The notes beneath the pieces were generated by a model that was not told the origin of the DNA, ran no database searches, and was given only the letters and a program-made list of their open reading frames with translations. Of a stretch of 64,000 nucleotides of DNA, positions 9,906 to 19,800 are shown piece after piece. The translations under genes and the position numbers were made by a program. Position 1 is the stretch's first letter, and the number at the start of each line of letters is the position of its first letter. The stretch is from Chthoniobacteraceae bacterium (GTDB lineage: Bacteria; Verrucomicrobiota; Verrucomicrobiia; Chthoniobacterales; Chthoniobacteraceae), in the NCBI GenBank assembly GCA_040081625.1, contig JBEBGD010000007.1, forward strand, positions 1 to 64,000, written 5' to 3'.

Positions 9906-11305
9906 GGCGCGATTTCGACACGAGCGCTTGCGGAGTGCAAGCCCGCCTGCAAACTCCGCGCGCTTTGTTCCGCGCCGCATTCCTCGCACTCGTTCCCTTA
10001 CTCGCCTCCGCGGAGGTCGCCGTGCCGCCGCTCGAGTTCGGGCAGCGCACGCTCGACAACGGCCTGCGCGTGATCTGGCTCGAAGACCACGCCGCGCCGG
10101 TGGTCGCGATCCAGGTCTGGTATCACGTCGGCTCGAAGGACGATCCGGCGGGCCGCAGCGGCTTCGCGCATCTCTTCGAACACATGATGTTCAAGGCGAC
10201 GAAACGGATGCCCTCCGAAACGATCGACCGGCTCACCGAGGATGTCGGCGGGGAAAACAACGCCTTCACCGCCGACGACGTGACCGTCTATCACGAGACC
10301 GTCCCCTCGCATCATCTCGAGCGCCTGCTCTGGGCCGAGGCTGAGCGCATGTCGTCGCTCACCGTCGATGACGCGAACTTCAAGACCGAGCGCGACGTGG
10401 TGAAGGAGGAGTTTCGCCAGAGCGTGCTCTCGCAGCCCTTCGGCGAGTTCTACGAATTCATCCCGAAGCAATCCTTCGCCGCGCATCCCTACAAGCGCCC
10501 GACCATCGGCAACATCGCCGAGCTCGACGCCGCATCGCTCGATGAAGTGCGCGCCTTTCACGCCGCGTTCTACCGCCCCGACAACGCCACGCTCGTCGTC
10601 GCCGGCGACTTCGATCCCGCACAGCTTCAGCGCTGGATCGATCGATACTTCGCTCCGCTCGAAAAGCCGTCCGCTCCGCTCCCGCGCGTGAGCACGAAGG
10701 AACCGTCGCGCACCGCCGGGCGCACCGTGCGCAAGTTCGACGCGAAAGTCCCCTTCCCCGCGCTCGCCGTGACCTTCCTCGGCCCGAAGATCACGGACGC
10801 CGAATACGCCGCGTGGCTCGTGCTCGAGCGCATCCTCTCCGGGGGCGAGGCGTCGCGATTGAACCGCTCGCTCGTGTATGAAAAGCGGCTCGCGCAGGAG
10901 GCTGAGTTTTACGCCGACCTCCGCGAAGACCTCGGGTGCCCGACCTTCGTCGCCATGCTCGCGAGCGGCGTCGGCGTGGACAAGGCGCGCACCGCGCTGC
11001 TCGCCGAGATCGACGCGCTCGCCGCGGAGCCCGTATCCGCGCGCGAGCTGGCGACGGCGAAGAACCAGGTGCTCGCCGCCCGGCTGCATGACCGCGAGAA
11101 GGCTGAGGGCAAGGCCGACGCGCTCGGCTTCGCAGCGGTGCTGCAAGGCGACGCGGCGCGCGTGAACACCGACCTGGCCGAGGTGCAGAAGGTCACAGCG
11201 GAAAAGGTGCAGGCGCTGGCGCGAAAGTATTTCACCGGAGAAAACCGACTGATGATCGAATACCTGCCCGCATCGATGCGGCCGAAGGCGAAGGCGAAGA
11301 AATGA
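9875..11305 (+). CDS. M16 family zinc peptidase, catalytic subunit (start uncertain)
   Basis: WYHVGSKDD..GRSGFAHLFEHMMF (HxxEH), NAFT, ERDVVKEE, YRPDNATLVVAGD. Confidence 0.92.
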   Translation: MSDGRGGVMSWRDFDTSACGVQARLQTPRALFRAAFLALVPLLASAEVAVPPLEFGQRTLDNGLRVIWLEDHAAPVVAIQVWYHVGSKDDPAGRSGFAHLFEHMMFKATKRMPSETIDRLTEDVGGENNAFTADDVTVYHETVPSHHLERLLWAEAERMSSLTVDDANFKTERDVVKEEFRQSVLSQPFGEFYEFIPKQSFAAHPYKRPTIGNIAELDAASLDEVRAFHAAFYRPDNATLVVAGDFDPAQLQRWIDRYFAPLEKPSAPLPRVSTKEPSRTAGRTVRKFDAKVPFPALAVTFLGPKITDAEYAAWLVLERILSGGEASRLNRSLVYEKRLAQEAEFYADLREDLGCPTFVAMLASGVGVDKARTALLAEIDALAAEPVSARELATAKNQVLAARLHDREKAEGKADALGFAAVLQGDAARVNTDLAEVQKVTAEKVQALARKYFTGENRLMIEYLPASMRPKAKAKK

Positions 11306-12780
11306 AGCGCTGTAGCCAAGGCGCTCTGCGCCGTGTTCCCACATCGCTCGCGTTCACGGCCCGGAGGGCCGTGGCTACAGCCCTGCTGCTCGCAGCGACG
11401 GCGTTCGCGGACGACCTGCCCGTGCCGGGCGAGCCGCGTGCGACGCAGTTTGCGCAGCCGCGTGAACACACGCTCGCGAACGGACTGCGCGTGATCGTCG
11501 TCGATCGGCCCGCGCAGCCGCTGGTCACCGCCGGGCTGGTCGCGAAATCCGGCTCGGAAGCCGATCCTGCGAAGCTCGCCGGCCTCGCGCACTTCACCGC
11601 CGGGCTGCTCGCACGCGGAACGAACTCGCGGCCGGCGATGCAGGTCGCGCAGGAACTCGAGGAACTCGGCGCCGAGCTCAAATCCGAGTCCCGATGGGAC
11701 GGGACGCTGCTCGTCATGTCCACGCTCGCGCCGACTGCCGGCCGCGCGTTCGAGATCTTCGCGGACGTGGCGTGCCATCCGAAGTTCGCCGCGGACGAGA
11801 TCGAGCGGCTGCGAAAAGAGCGTATCGACGAGGTGACGGTCGATCTCGAGCAGCCGGCGAATTTCGCGCGTGCCGCTGCCGCGCGCCTGATCCTCGGCGC
11901 GGACGCCTACGGCCACCCGATCAAGGGCACACCGGCGTCGCTCTCGCGGATCAAGCGCGCCGATGTGCTCGCGCATTACCACGCGGCGTTCCGGCCGGAG
12001 AACGTGGTGCTGATCATCGCCGGCGACGTGCGTGCCGAGAGCGGATTCGCGCTCGCGGAGACGGCCTTCGGCGCATGGGGTGCAGAGATGGCGCCCGCCG
12101 TCGCTTCCGCCGCGAAGGCCGCGCGACCAAAACCAACGGCGGTGCTCATCGACATGCCCGACGCGGGGCAGGCTGCGGTGTATATCGGCCGCGCTGCTTC
12201 GCCGCGCGCGAGCGACGACTACTTCACCGCGCAGATCGCGAACGCGGTGCTCGGCGGCGGTTACTCGGCGCGGCTCAACCGCGAGGTGCGCATCAAGCGC
12301 GGGCTCAGCTACGGCTGCGGGAGCCGGCTTCACGCGTGGCGCGCAGCCGGGATTTTCGGCGCGGCGTGCCAGACGAAGAACGAGTCCGCCGCGGAGGTCG
12401 TGCGCGTGATCCATGCGGAGATGACGCGGCTCGGCGCGGGGCCGATTCCCGCCGACGAACTGACCGCGCGCCGGCTCGTGCTCACCGGCGCCTTCACCCG
12501 CGACCTTGGGACGAACGGCGGCTACGTCGAACGCATCGCGGACTTCGTGCTGCACGGCCAGCCGCCGGACGCGTTCGCGGCGACGCTTGATCGCTTCAAT
12601 CGCGTGACGGGCGACGAGGTGAAATCCTTCGCTTCCACTAAACTCGCGCCGGACGCGATGTCGGTGATCGTCGTCGGCCGCGCAAAGGACTGCGAGAAGC
12701 CGCTGCGCGCGATCTTCCCCGACCTGCGCGTGCTGCCCCAGGCGAAGGTCGATCTCGATTCGGCTACGCTGATGCGCTGA
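11302..12780 (+). CDS. M16 family peptidase, non-catalytic partner subunit
   Basis: TLANGLRV, GLAHFTAGLL (no HxxEH), VLGGGYSARLNREVRIKRGLSYG; ATGA overlap with upstream gene. Confidence 0.9.
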   Translation: MKRCSQGALRRVPTSLAFTARRAVATALLLAATAFADDLPVPGEPRATQFAQPREHTLANGLRVIVVDRPAQPLVTAGLVAKSGSEADPAKLAGLAHFTAGLLARGTNSRPAMQVAQELEELGAELKSESRWDGTLLVMSTLAPTAGRAFEIFADVACHPKFAADEIERLRKERIDEVTVDLEQPANFARAAAARLILGADAYGHPIKGTPASLSRIKRADVLAHYHAAFRPENVVLIIAGDVRAESGFALAETAFGAWGAEMAPAVASAAKAARPKPTAVLIDMPDAGQAAVYIGRAASPRASDDYFTAQIANAVLGGGYSARLNREVRIKRGLSYGCGSRLHAWRAAGIFGAACQTKNESAAEVVRVIHAEMTRLGAGPIPADELTARRLVLTGAFTRDLGTNGGYVERIADFVLHGQPPDAFAATLDRFNRVTGDEVKSFASTKLAPDAMSVIVVGRAKDCEKPLRAIFPDLRVLPQAKVDLDSATLMR

Positions 12781-12838
12781 GGAAAACCGCTCGCCATCCC
12801 GATTCGAGCCTGCATCTTCCGCGCGCGGAAAAAAATCC

Positions 12839-13429
12839 ATGCACAGACTTCGACGCCTTCCCGTCCTGCTTACCTGGTTGCTCATTAGCTTCACCGCGGC
12901 TGCAAAGACCGTGGTCATCGATGCCGGCCACGGCGGCCACGACCGCGGCGGCGGCCCGCGGCAGAAGATTCCCGAGAAGCCGTATGCGCTTGATGTGGCG
13001 CAGCGCCTTCAGCGCGTGTTGCAGGCCGCGGGTTACAAGACCGTGATGACGCGCAGCGGCGATTATTTCGTGTCGCTCGGTGGCCGGGTCGTGATCGCCA
13101 ACAAGTATCGCGACGCGGTCTTCGTCTCGATCCACTTCAACAGCGCGCCACGGGTCGGCGCCGACGGGATCGAGACCTACTACTACTCGAGCCGCAGCGC
13201 GAAGCTCGCCTCGGCCATCCACTCGCAAGTGGTCGCGACCGCGCGCACGGAGAATCGTGGCGTGCGAAAGCGCGGCTTTTACGTCATCCGCAACACGAAG
13301 ATCCCCTCGGTGCTGTGCGAGCTCGGCTTCCTGACCAATCCGGCCGAGGGCAAGAAGGTCTCGACTTCCTCCGCCTACCGGCAGGCGCTGGCGGAAGCGG
13401 TCGCTCGCGGCGTGATGCGGGCTTACTGA
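12839..13429 (+). CDS. N-acetylmuramoyl-L-alanine amidase (Amidase_3)
   Basis: VVIDAGHGGHD, FVSIHFNS, PSVLCELGFLTN; signal peptide. Confidence 0.93.
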   Translation: MHRLRRLPVLLTWLLISFTAAAKTVVIDAGHGGHDRGGGPRQKIPEKPYALDVAQRLQRVLQAAGYKTVMTRSGDYFVSLGGRVVIANKYRDAVFVSIHFNSAPRVGADGIETYYYSSRSAKLASAIHSQVVATARTENRGVRKRGFYVIRNTKIPSVLCELGFLTNPAEGKKVSTSSAYRQALAEAVARGVMRAY

Positions 13430-16400
13430 GCGACGCGCTTCGGATACGCGGGCTTGGCCGGCTGCGTTGCCGGATTTTTCCCGAGCGAGCTGAGCATTTC
13501 AGTCACCGCACGCTCGAGCTGCGGGTCGCCGCCGGCGGCGAGCGCGGCGGGGTCGTCGATCACTTCGATGTCGGGATCGACGCCATGGCCCTCGATGATC
13601 CATTCGCCCTTGGTGTTGTAGATCGCGAAGGTGGGCACGGTGACGCTGCCGCCGTCGATGAGCGGCGGCGCGCCGGTCATGCCGATGAGGCCGCCCCATG
13701 TGCGCGTGCCGATGACGGGACCGAGCCCGCTTTCGCGGAAGAGGAACGGGAAGCAGTCGCCGCCGCTGCCGCTCCAGCCGTTGGCGAGCATCGCCTTCGG
13801 TCCGCGATGCGCGACGGTCGGCGTCTGCCAGTCCTTGCCGTCGCGGACGCCGTAGTAGTTGAGCACGCGGCGGCCGAGCAGCTCGACGAAGCGGTCGGGA
13901 ATCTGCCCGCCGGAATTCCAGCGCTCGTCGATGATGAGCGCGGGCTTGTTGAACTGCGCGCGGAATTGCCGGTAGAGCTGGTTCTGCCCTTCGGCGGCCG
14001 TGCTCTCGACGTAGATGTAGCCGATCTTTCCGTCGCTCGACTTCTCGACGCGGCGTCGGTTCGACTCGATCCACGCATACTGCCGGAGCACCTGCTCGGA
14101 AGCGATCGTCTGCACGAGCACTTCGCGCGCGCCGTCGAAGACGGGCTTGTCGTTGACGGTGAGAAAGACCGGCTTGTCCGCGAGACCGACGAACGCGGCC
14201 CACGGATCCTTGCTGATGTCGAGCGCCTTTCCATTCACCGCGAGCAGCCAGTCGCCCTCTTTCACCTTTACGCCGGGCGCGCGCAGCGGGCTGCGGATGG
14301 TGTATTCCCACGGCGCGACCTCGGGGATGCTTTTGATCCGATACGCGCCCCGCTCGAGCGCGAAGTCGCAGCCGATGTAGCCGACGGGGCGCGTCGGCAC
14401 GCGCTCGAGATCGCCGCCGCTGCGGTAGGTGTGCGATGAGTTGATCTCGCCGAGCAGTTCGCCGAGCACGTAGTTCACATCGCCGCGCGTGTTGCACTCG
14501 CGGATGAGCGCGCCGTAGCGTTCGCGCATCTTCGGCCAGTCCACGCCGTGCATGCCCGGGTCGTAGAAAAAGTCGCGCTCGATCCGCCATGCGTCGGTGA
14601 AGAGCTGCATCCACTCTGCGCGCGGATCGACCGTGGCCTCGAGTTGCGCCGTCGGCAGCGGTGAACCAAACTTCTGCCCCTCGGCGATGTTGATGATGTC
14701 CCACTGGTTGTTTTTCACGACGAGCATCTTCTTGCTGTCCGCGGTCAGTTCGTAGTTCGAGGCGTCGTCGATGATCTGCTTCTCGGCGCGGTTCTCGAGA
14801 TCGAACCACGCGATCGGCTTCGTGCCGGTCATGCCCGCGCGCGGGCGGTATTGGAAGATGAGCTTGCCGGCGACGGCGGAGAGGTGCTCGAAGCGTCCGC
14901 CGCGCGGCGGCAGCACGATGGCGCGCGCCTCGAATCCATCGAAGTCGATCAGCACGTCCTTCGCCTTTTTCTCCGGCGGCTTCGCGGGCGGGTTCACGGT
15001 CGCGGGATTGCCGGGCTTCGGCGCAGGCGTCGGCTCCGCGGGCACGGAGGCTTTCGGCGCGTCGTCCTTCTTCGGCTCGGGCGTAGGCGTGGCGGCGGGC
15101 TTCGGCGCGGGCTTCGCCTCGGGTTTGGTCATCGGCTCTTCGTCGTCGCGCGGGGCGAGCGGAGAGGGCAGGTCCTTGCGCAGCGGCACGGCGATGAGCG
15201 CCTGGCCGTTCGCGTAAATCCACGACGGCTCGAAGTCGCTGTAGATCGGATCGAACCAACGCTGCGAGCGGTAGTAGAGGTGCCTGCCATCGGGATCGAA
15301 GACGGGCTCGTCGTCCTCGAAAAATCCGCTCGTGACCTGGTGTGCCTTCCGCTGCTTCGTGTCGTAGATCACGATGGCGGTCTGGTTGTTCTCCTGGTCG
15401 CGCGCGTAGGCGATCCAGCGACTGTCGGCGCTCCAGCTCACGCGGAAATTTCGCAGCGCGCCTTCGAAATGCCCGAGCTGTTTGTCGATCACCTGCCCGC
15501 GCCCGCTCGCGACTTCGACGAGGTGAATGCGCATGGCCGAGTCGATGAAGACGACGTGCTTCGAGTCGGGCGACCAATGCGGCTGATAGCGAAAGCCGGC
15601 GCCGAGCTTCGTGACGGTGCGCTCGTCGCCCTTGCCGTCGGCGGGGCGCAGCGTCAGTTCATACTCGCCGGACTTGTCGGAGAAATAGGCGATCCATTTC
15701 CCATCGGGCGACCACGCGGGGAAGCGCTCGGCGGTGCCGCTGGTGGCGGTCACATTGCGCACCACGCCGTGCTCGGCGGGCACGCTGAAGATGTCGCCGC
15801 GCGCCTCGAAGAGCGCGCGCTTGCCGGTCGGTCCGACGGCGCCATTGGTGAGTTGTCCGCTTACGTTTTCCACGCGCTGCCGCAGCGACACCTGGTCGCT
15901 CACGATGTTGATCACCACCTCGCTCGCCTTCTCCGTCGCGAGGTCGAGCAGATGAAGGCGGCCGCCGTTTTCATACACGAGCGCGTCGGGACCGATGGAG
16001 GGGAAGTGGATATCGAAGTCCGTGTAGTGCGTGATCTGCCGCAGCGTGCGTGTGGCGGTGTCGTAGCACCAGAGGTTGTCGCGCGCGCGTTCGTCGCGGT
16101 CGGAGAGGAAATAGATCTTCGTGCCGTGCCACATCGGCTGAGTGTCCTTGGCGGGGCTCGGCGCGATCTTCTCCGCCGTGCGCGCGTCGAGATCGAAGAG
16201 CCAGATGTCCGGCGTCATGCCGCCGCGGTAGCGCTTCCACGTGGCGAAGTCGGTCGTGATCGGCGTGTAGGCGACCAGCTTCCCATCGGGCGAGATCGCG
16301 CCGAACTCGCCATACGGCACCGGCAGGCGCTCGGGCAGGCCGCCGACGGCGGGCACCTTGTAGAACTGCCCCGTGCGCGTGGTGAAGCTCTCCTGCGCGC

Positions 16401-16776
16401 TGTGAAAGAGCAGCGACTGGCCGTCCGGATACCAGCCGAGCAGCCGCTCATTGGCGCCGTGATGCGTCACGCGCAGCGGCTCGCCGCCGGCGACGGGCAT
16501 CACGTAGAGATCGGTGTCGCCGTCGTAGTTCGCGCTGAAGGCGAGCTGCGAGCCATCGGGCGAAAACCGCGGGAACTGCTCGGTGCCGCGCGGCGAGGAG
16601 AGCCGCACGGCCTGCCCACCGCCGCGCGGCGCGAGCCAGATGTCGCCCGCGTGGACGAAAGCGAGGTGCGTGCGCGAGACGGCGGGCATTTGCATGAGCC
16701 GCGCATTGAGCGGCGTGACCGACTGCGCGTGCGCGAGCGGGCCGAGGGCGAGGAGGGCGAGAAATGGGAGCTTCAT
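13423..16776 (-). CDS. Tricorn-like S41 protease (propellers, PDZ, protease)
   Basis: Signal MKLPFLALL; HAGDIW, WKRYRGG, FFYDPGMHGVDW, IDERWNSGG, SGSGGDCF, GTRTWGGLIG, EGHGVDPDIEV, DPQLERAV. Confidence 0.95.
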   Translation of the reverse strand: MKLPFLALLALGPLAHAQSVTPLNARLMQMPAVSRTHLAFVHAGDIWLAPRGGGQAVRLSSPRGTEQFPRFSPDGSQLAFSANYDGDTDLYVMPVAGGEPLRVTHHGANERLLGWYPDGQSLLFHSAQESFTTRTGQFYKVPAVGGLPERLPVPYGEFGAISPDGKLVAYTPITTDFATWKRYRGGMTPDIWLFDLDARTAEKIAPSPAKDTQPMWHGTKIYFLSDRDERARDNLWCYDTATRTLRQITHYTDFDIHFPSIGPDALVYENGGRLHLLDLATEKASEVVINIVSDQVSLRQRVENVSGQLTNGAVGPTGKRALFEARGDIFSVPAEHGVVRNVTATSGTAERFPAWSPDGKWIAYFSDKSGEYELTLRPADGKGDERTVTKLGAGFRYQPHWSPDSKHVVFIDSAMRIHLVEVASGRGQVIDKQLGHFEGALRNFRVSWSADSRWIAYARDQENNQTAIVIYDTKQRKAHQVTSGFFEDDEPVFDPDGRHLYYRSQRWFDPIYSDFEPSWIYANGQALIAVPLRKDLPSPLAPRDDEEPMTKPEAKPAPKPAATPTPEPKKDDAPKASVPAEPTPAPKPGNPATVNPPAKPPEKKAKDVLIDFDGFEARAIVLPPRGGRFEHLSAVAGKLIFQYRPRAGMTGTKPIAWFDLENRAEKQIIDDASNYELTADSKKMLVVKNNQWDIINIAEGQKFGSPLPTAQLEATVDPRAEWMQLFTDAWRIERDFFYDPGMHGVDWPKMRERYGALIRECNTRGDVNYVLGELLGEINSSHTYRSGGDLERVPTRPVGYIGCDFALERGAYRIKSIPEVAPWEYTIRSPLRAPGVKVKEGDWLLAVNGKALDISKDPWAAFVGLADKPVFLTVNDKPVFDGAREVLVQTIASEQVLRQYAWIESNRRRVEKSSDGKIGYIYVESTAAEGQNQLYRQFRAQFNKPALIIDERWNSGGQIPDRFVELLGRRVLNYYGVRDGKDWQTPTVAHRGPKAMLANGWSGSGGDCFPFLFRESGLGPVIGTRTWGGLIGMTGAPPLIDGGSVTVPTFAIYNTKGEWIIEGHGVDPDIEVIDDPAALAAGGDPQLERAVTEMLSSLGKNPATQPAKPAYPKRVAQ

Positions 16777-16872
16777 ACGGGGGCGGGAGGCTTTCACCAG
16801 CACGCGGCATTTGTCGAGGGCGCGCCGTTCCTTGGGATGGACTGTCGGTGCCACTCCTTCCGACGCATCACT

Positions 16873-19800
16873 TCACGGCGTCGTGATGAGTAGCCGCAGG
16901 AATCGGTTCGGATGCGCAGGATCGCCGATGCTGAACAGGTCGCCCACTTCCACGTTGCGCACGAGCCCGGCGCCGGACTCGCTGACACCGACGCCGCCGA
17001 GCAGCGCGCCGAAGGCACCGCCGCTCATGCTCCGCGCGAGATCCGCCCAAGGCCCCGCAGGCGAGTCCGCGCCTTGCACCGTCGTCGTCAGATCCGTCGC
17101 CCCGGTGTTGCGGGTGAAGCTGAGCGTGAGCCGGTTCGCGGGCGTGCTCACCTGCCACAGCGGGCCGACAGCCTCATCGAGCGGGTCGGTGCCGAGGCTG
17201 TATTCGACCAGGTTGTCCGCTCCATCCTGCTCGGGGTTCGCGTTGAAACCAGCGACGGCATCCACTCCCGCGCTGGCGCCGAATTTCGCGATCCGCCACG
17301 TCTCGACCGGGCGCAGAACGCTCGACGGAAAACTCGCCGACGCATCGCGCGGAATGAGCGAGGTCGTCGGGATGACCTGCCGCGCGATGCCCGGCCCCTG
17401 CCACGCGACGGCGACGTGATCGCTGCCGGTGCCTTCGCGATGAATGGCCTCCAAATAATACGGCAAGCCCGCCTGGAGATGGACGACGCCGGACTTCTGC
17501 GTGCCTTGCTGATCCCAGCTCTGAAACGAAGTCGAGCCATCCACCGAGCCGATCGAGAGGCGGCTCACGGCGTTCTCGTCGGGGCTGAGCGAGAAGATGC
17601 TTTGATCGTCCGACGCGATCCAAAACGTGTAAGGCCCGGTCGTCTGCGGGATCAGCCAGCCCGACACGCGGCGGATGAAATTGCTCCCGACATTCTGCAG
17701 CGCGTTGAAGGTCGAGAGAGTGCTGGTGGAAGTCGGCGTGCCGACCATCTGGCCGTTGGACCAAAACTCCTGGAGCACGCCGGTCGTGCGATTGCAGACC
17801 ACCGTCACTTTGCCAAAACCCACCGCGCCGGTGCTGTCCTCGACGCGGATGGTGAGCAGCAGCACGCCGGGGTTCGGTAGCGTGGCGGCGCCCGACACGG
17901 TGAGCACGCCGGTGGTGGGATGGATCGCGAAGTGCCCGTCATTTCCCGCGACGATCGCGAAGCTCGCGAGCGTGCGACCCGGCTCGATCGTCGCGACCAC
18001 GCCGCCGAGCGAAGTGCCATCGCTCATCGCGCTCGTGGCCGAGCACAACCGCCCTTCCACCTGCGGCGCCTCGTCGGCGTCGGCGATGTTCACGGTGAAG
18101 CTCTGCGACGCCGAGAAGCGCGGCAGCCCGCAGTCCTGCACCTGCACGGTGAGCGCGTAGCTCGTGAGCGTCTCCGCATCGATCTTCTGCACGCGCAGCC
18201 GGCCGGTGCGGCGGTCGATGCTGAAGGCGTTGTCGGTGTTGCCCGCGGTGATTTGAAAATCCCACACGCTGCCGGGCTCCTCCGCATCGGTCGCGACGAA
18301 CTGATAGACCTCCGTGCCGGGCGGCGTGCTCTCGCTGATGTTGAGCACCGTCGGGTTCGAGAGCGAATCGATCGCCGTGTTATCCGTCCACGACGGGTAG
18401 CCCTTGGCCGCGACCTGATCCTTCACCGTCTGCGTGATCTCGTAGCCTTTGCCGACTGCGCCGAGACCGTAGCGCTGAAAGTAGAGATCGAGGTTTCGCC
18501 CGGACGCGTCGCAGAAGAGCAGGTAGAAGCGGTTGCGCTTGAAGTTCGGGTCCGCGCTGCTGAGCGCGAAAAGCTCCGCGTCGGTCCCGACCGTCGGGTT
18601 CTGGAGGAAGTTCATCATCCGCGTGAGCGCGGTCTTATACACCTGCCAGCCGAAGGCCTCCGCGAGGTTGAAATAGAAGTCGTAGGCGACCGGGTAGAGG
18701 TCGTGCGCCGATTGCCACGTCTGGCTCGCGGGCGCCTGCGCGAGGAAGACATTGCGCTGCGCGAGGCGATTGGTCGCGTCGTAGCTGGAGTGCGCGCCGT
18801 CCCACGCCGTGCGGTCGTGCAGCATCGTATAGATCATGCCGGGGAAGAGGTTCACATCCACCTCGGCGCCGATGGCGATGACGAAGGCGCTGTCGAAGTT
18901 GTTTTGATAGCCGTGCCCGAGTTCGTGATAGCTGCCCCAGTCGCCGTTGACGCGCGCGGCGTTGAGGAGCTGATCGCGAGACGTGCCCCAGCCCGCCTCG
19001 ATCGGGTAACCAGCGTAAGCGCCACCCGCCGCGACGTAGCGCGCCGTCGCGTAGGTTTCACCGCGCTTCCGAAACGCCGTGTAGCCGTAGTATTCGTCGG
19101 CGATGTCCATCACCTGCTTCCAGTAGCCCGTGACCGCCGTCGGGTTGTCCATCGCGGCGAGCTGCCACTTCGGGAGGTAAATGGTGAGCTTCGAGTTCTG
19201 GATGTAGCCGTAAGGCGCAGGCCGGCTCTTGATCCCCGCGTTCCACTGCGCGTCGGTCGTCTGCCCGAGCACGAAGGCCGGCGCCTCGATCGCTCCATCG
19301 ATCGTCACATCGAACGTGCCGAGCGTCTTCCCCTCCGGGACGAGGATCGTGATCAGCCCGCCGAGCACGTGGCCCGTCTGCGTCACCGCCGCAGTCAGCG
19401 CCACGCGCCGCCAGAGCTTCGGGAAAAACGTCCACGTCCCGCCGTTGCCGCTATTGAAGGTCTGGTCCTGGCTGCCATTGCCGGCGATGTGGATTTCCAG
19501 CCCCTGCGCGATTTTGTCCGACGGGATCGTCACGGTGATCGTCGCCCCCGGCGGCGCATACAGCGCCGTCTCGAAGCGCGTCGGTCGGTTGCCCTGGTTC
19601 ATGTAGAAATCCACGAACGTATTTCCCGTGATCGACACCGTGCGGCTGACCGTCGCCGCGCCCGCGTCCGGCAGGCCGGGAAAATCCGCCGCGCTCGGAT
19701 GCACGAAAAGCTCCGCCGGCGTCATCACATCGAAGGTCTTCGACTGATACTGCGCGAGCATCTTCTCGACCGGCTTCGTGGTGGTGATAATCGAGGCCGC

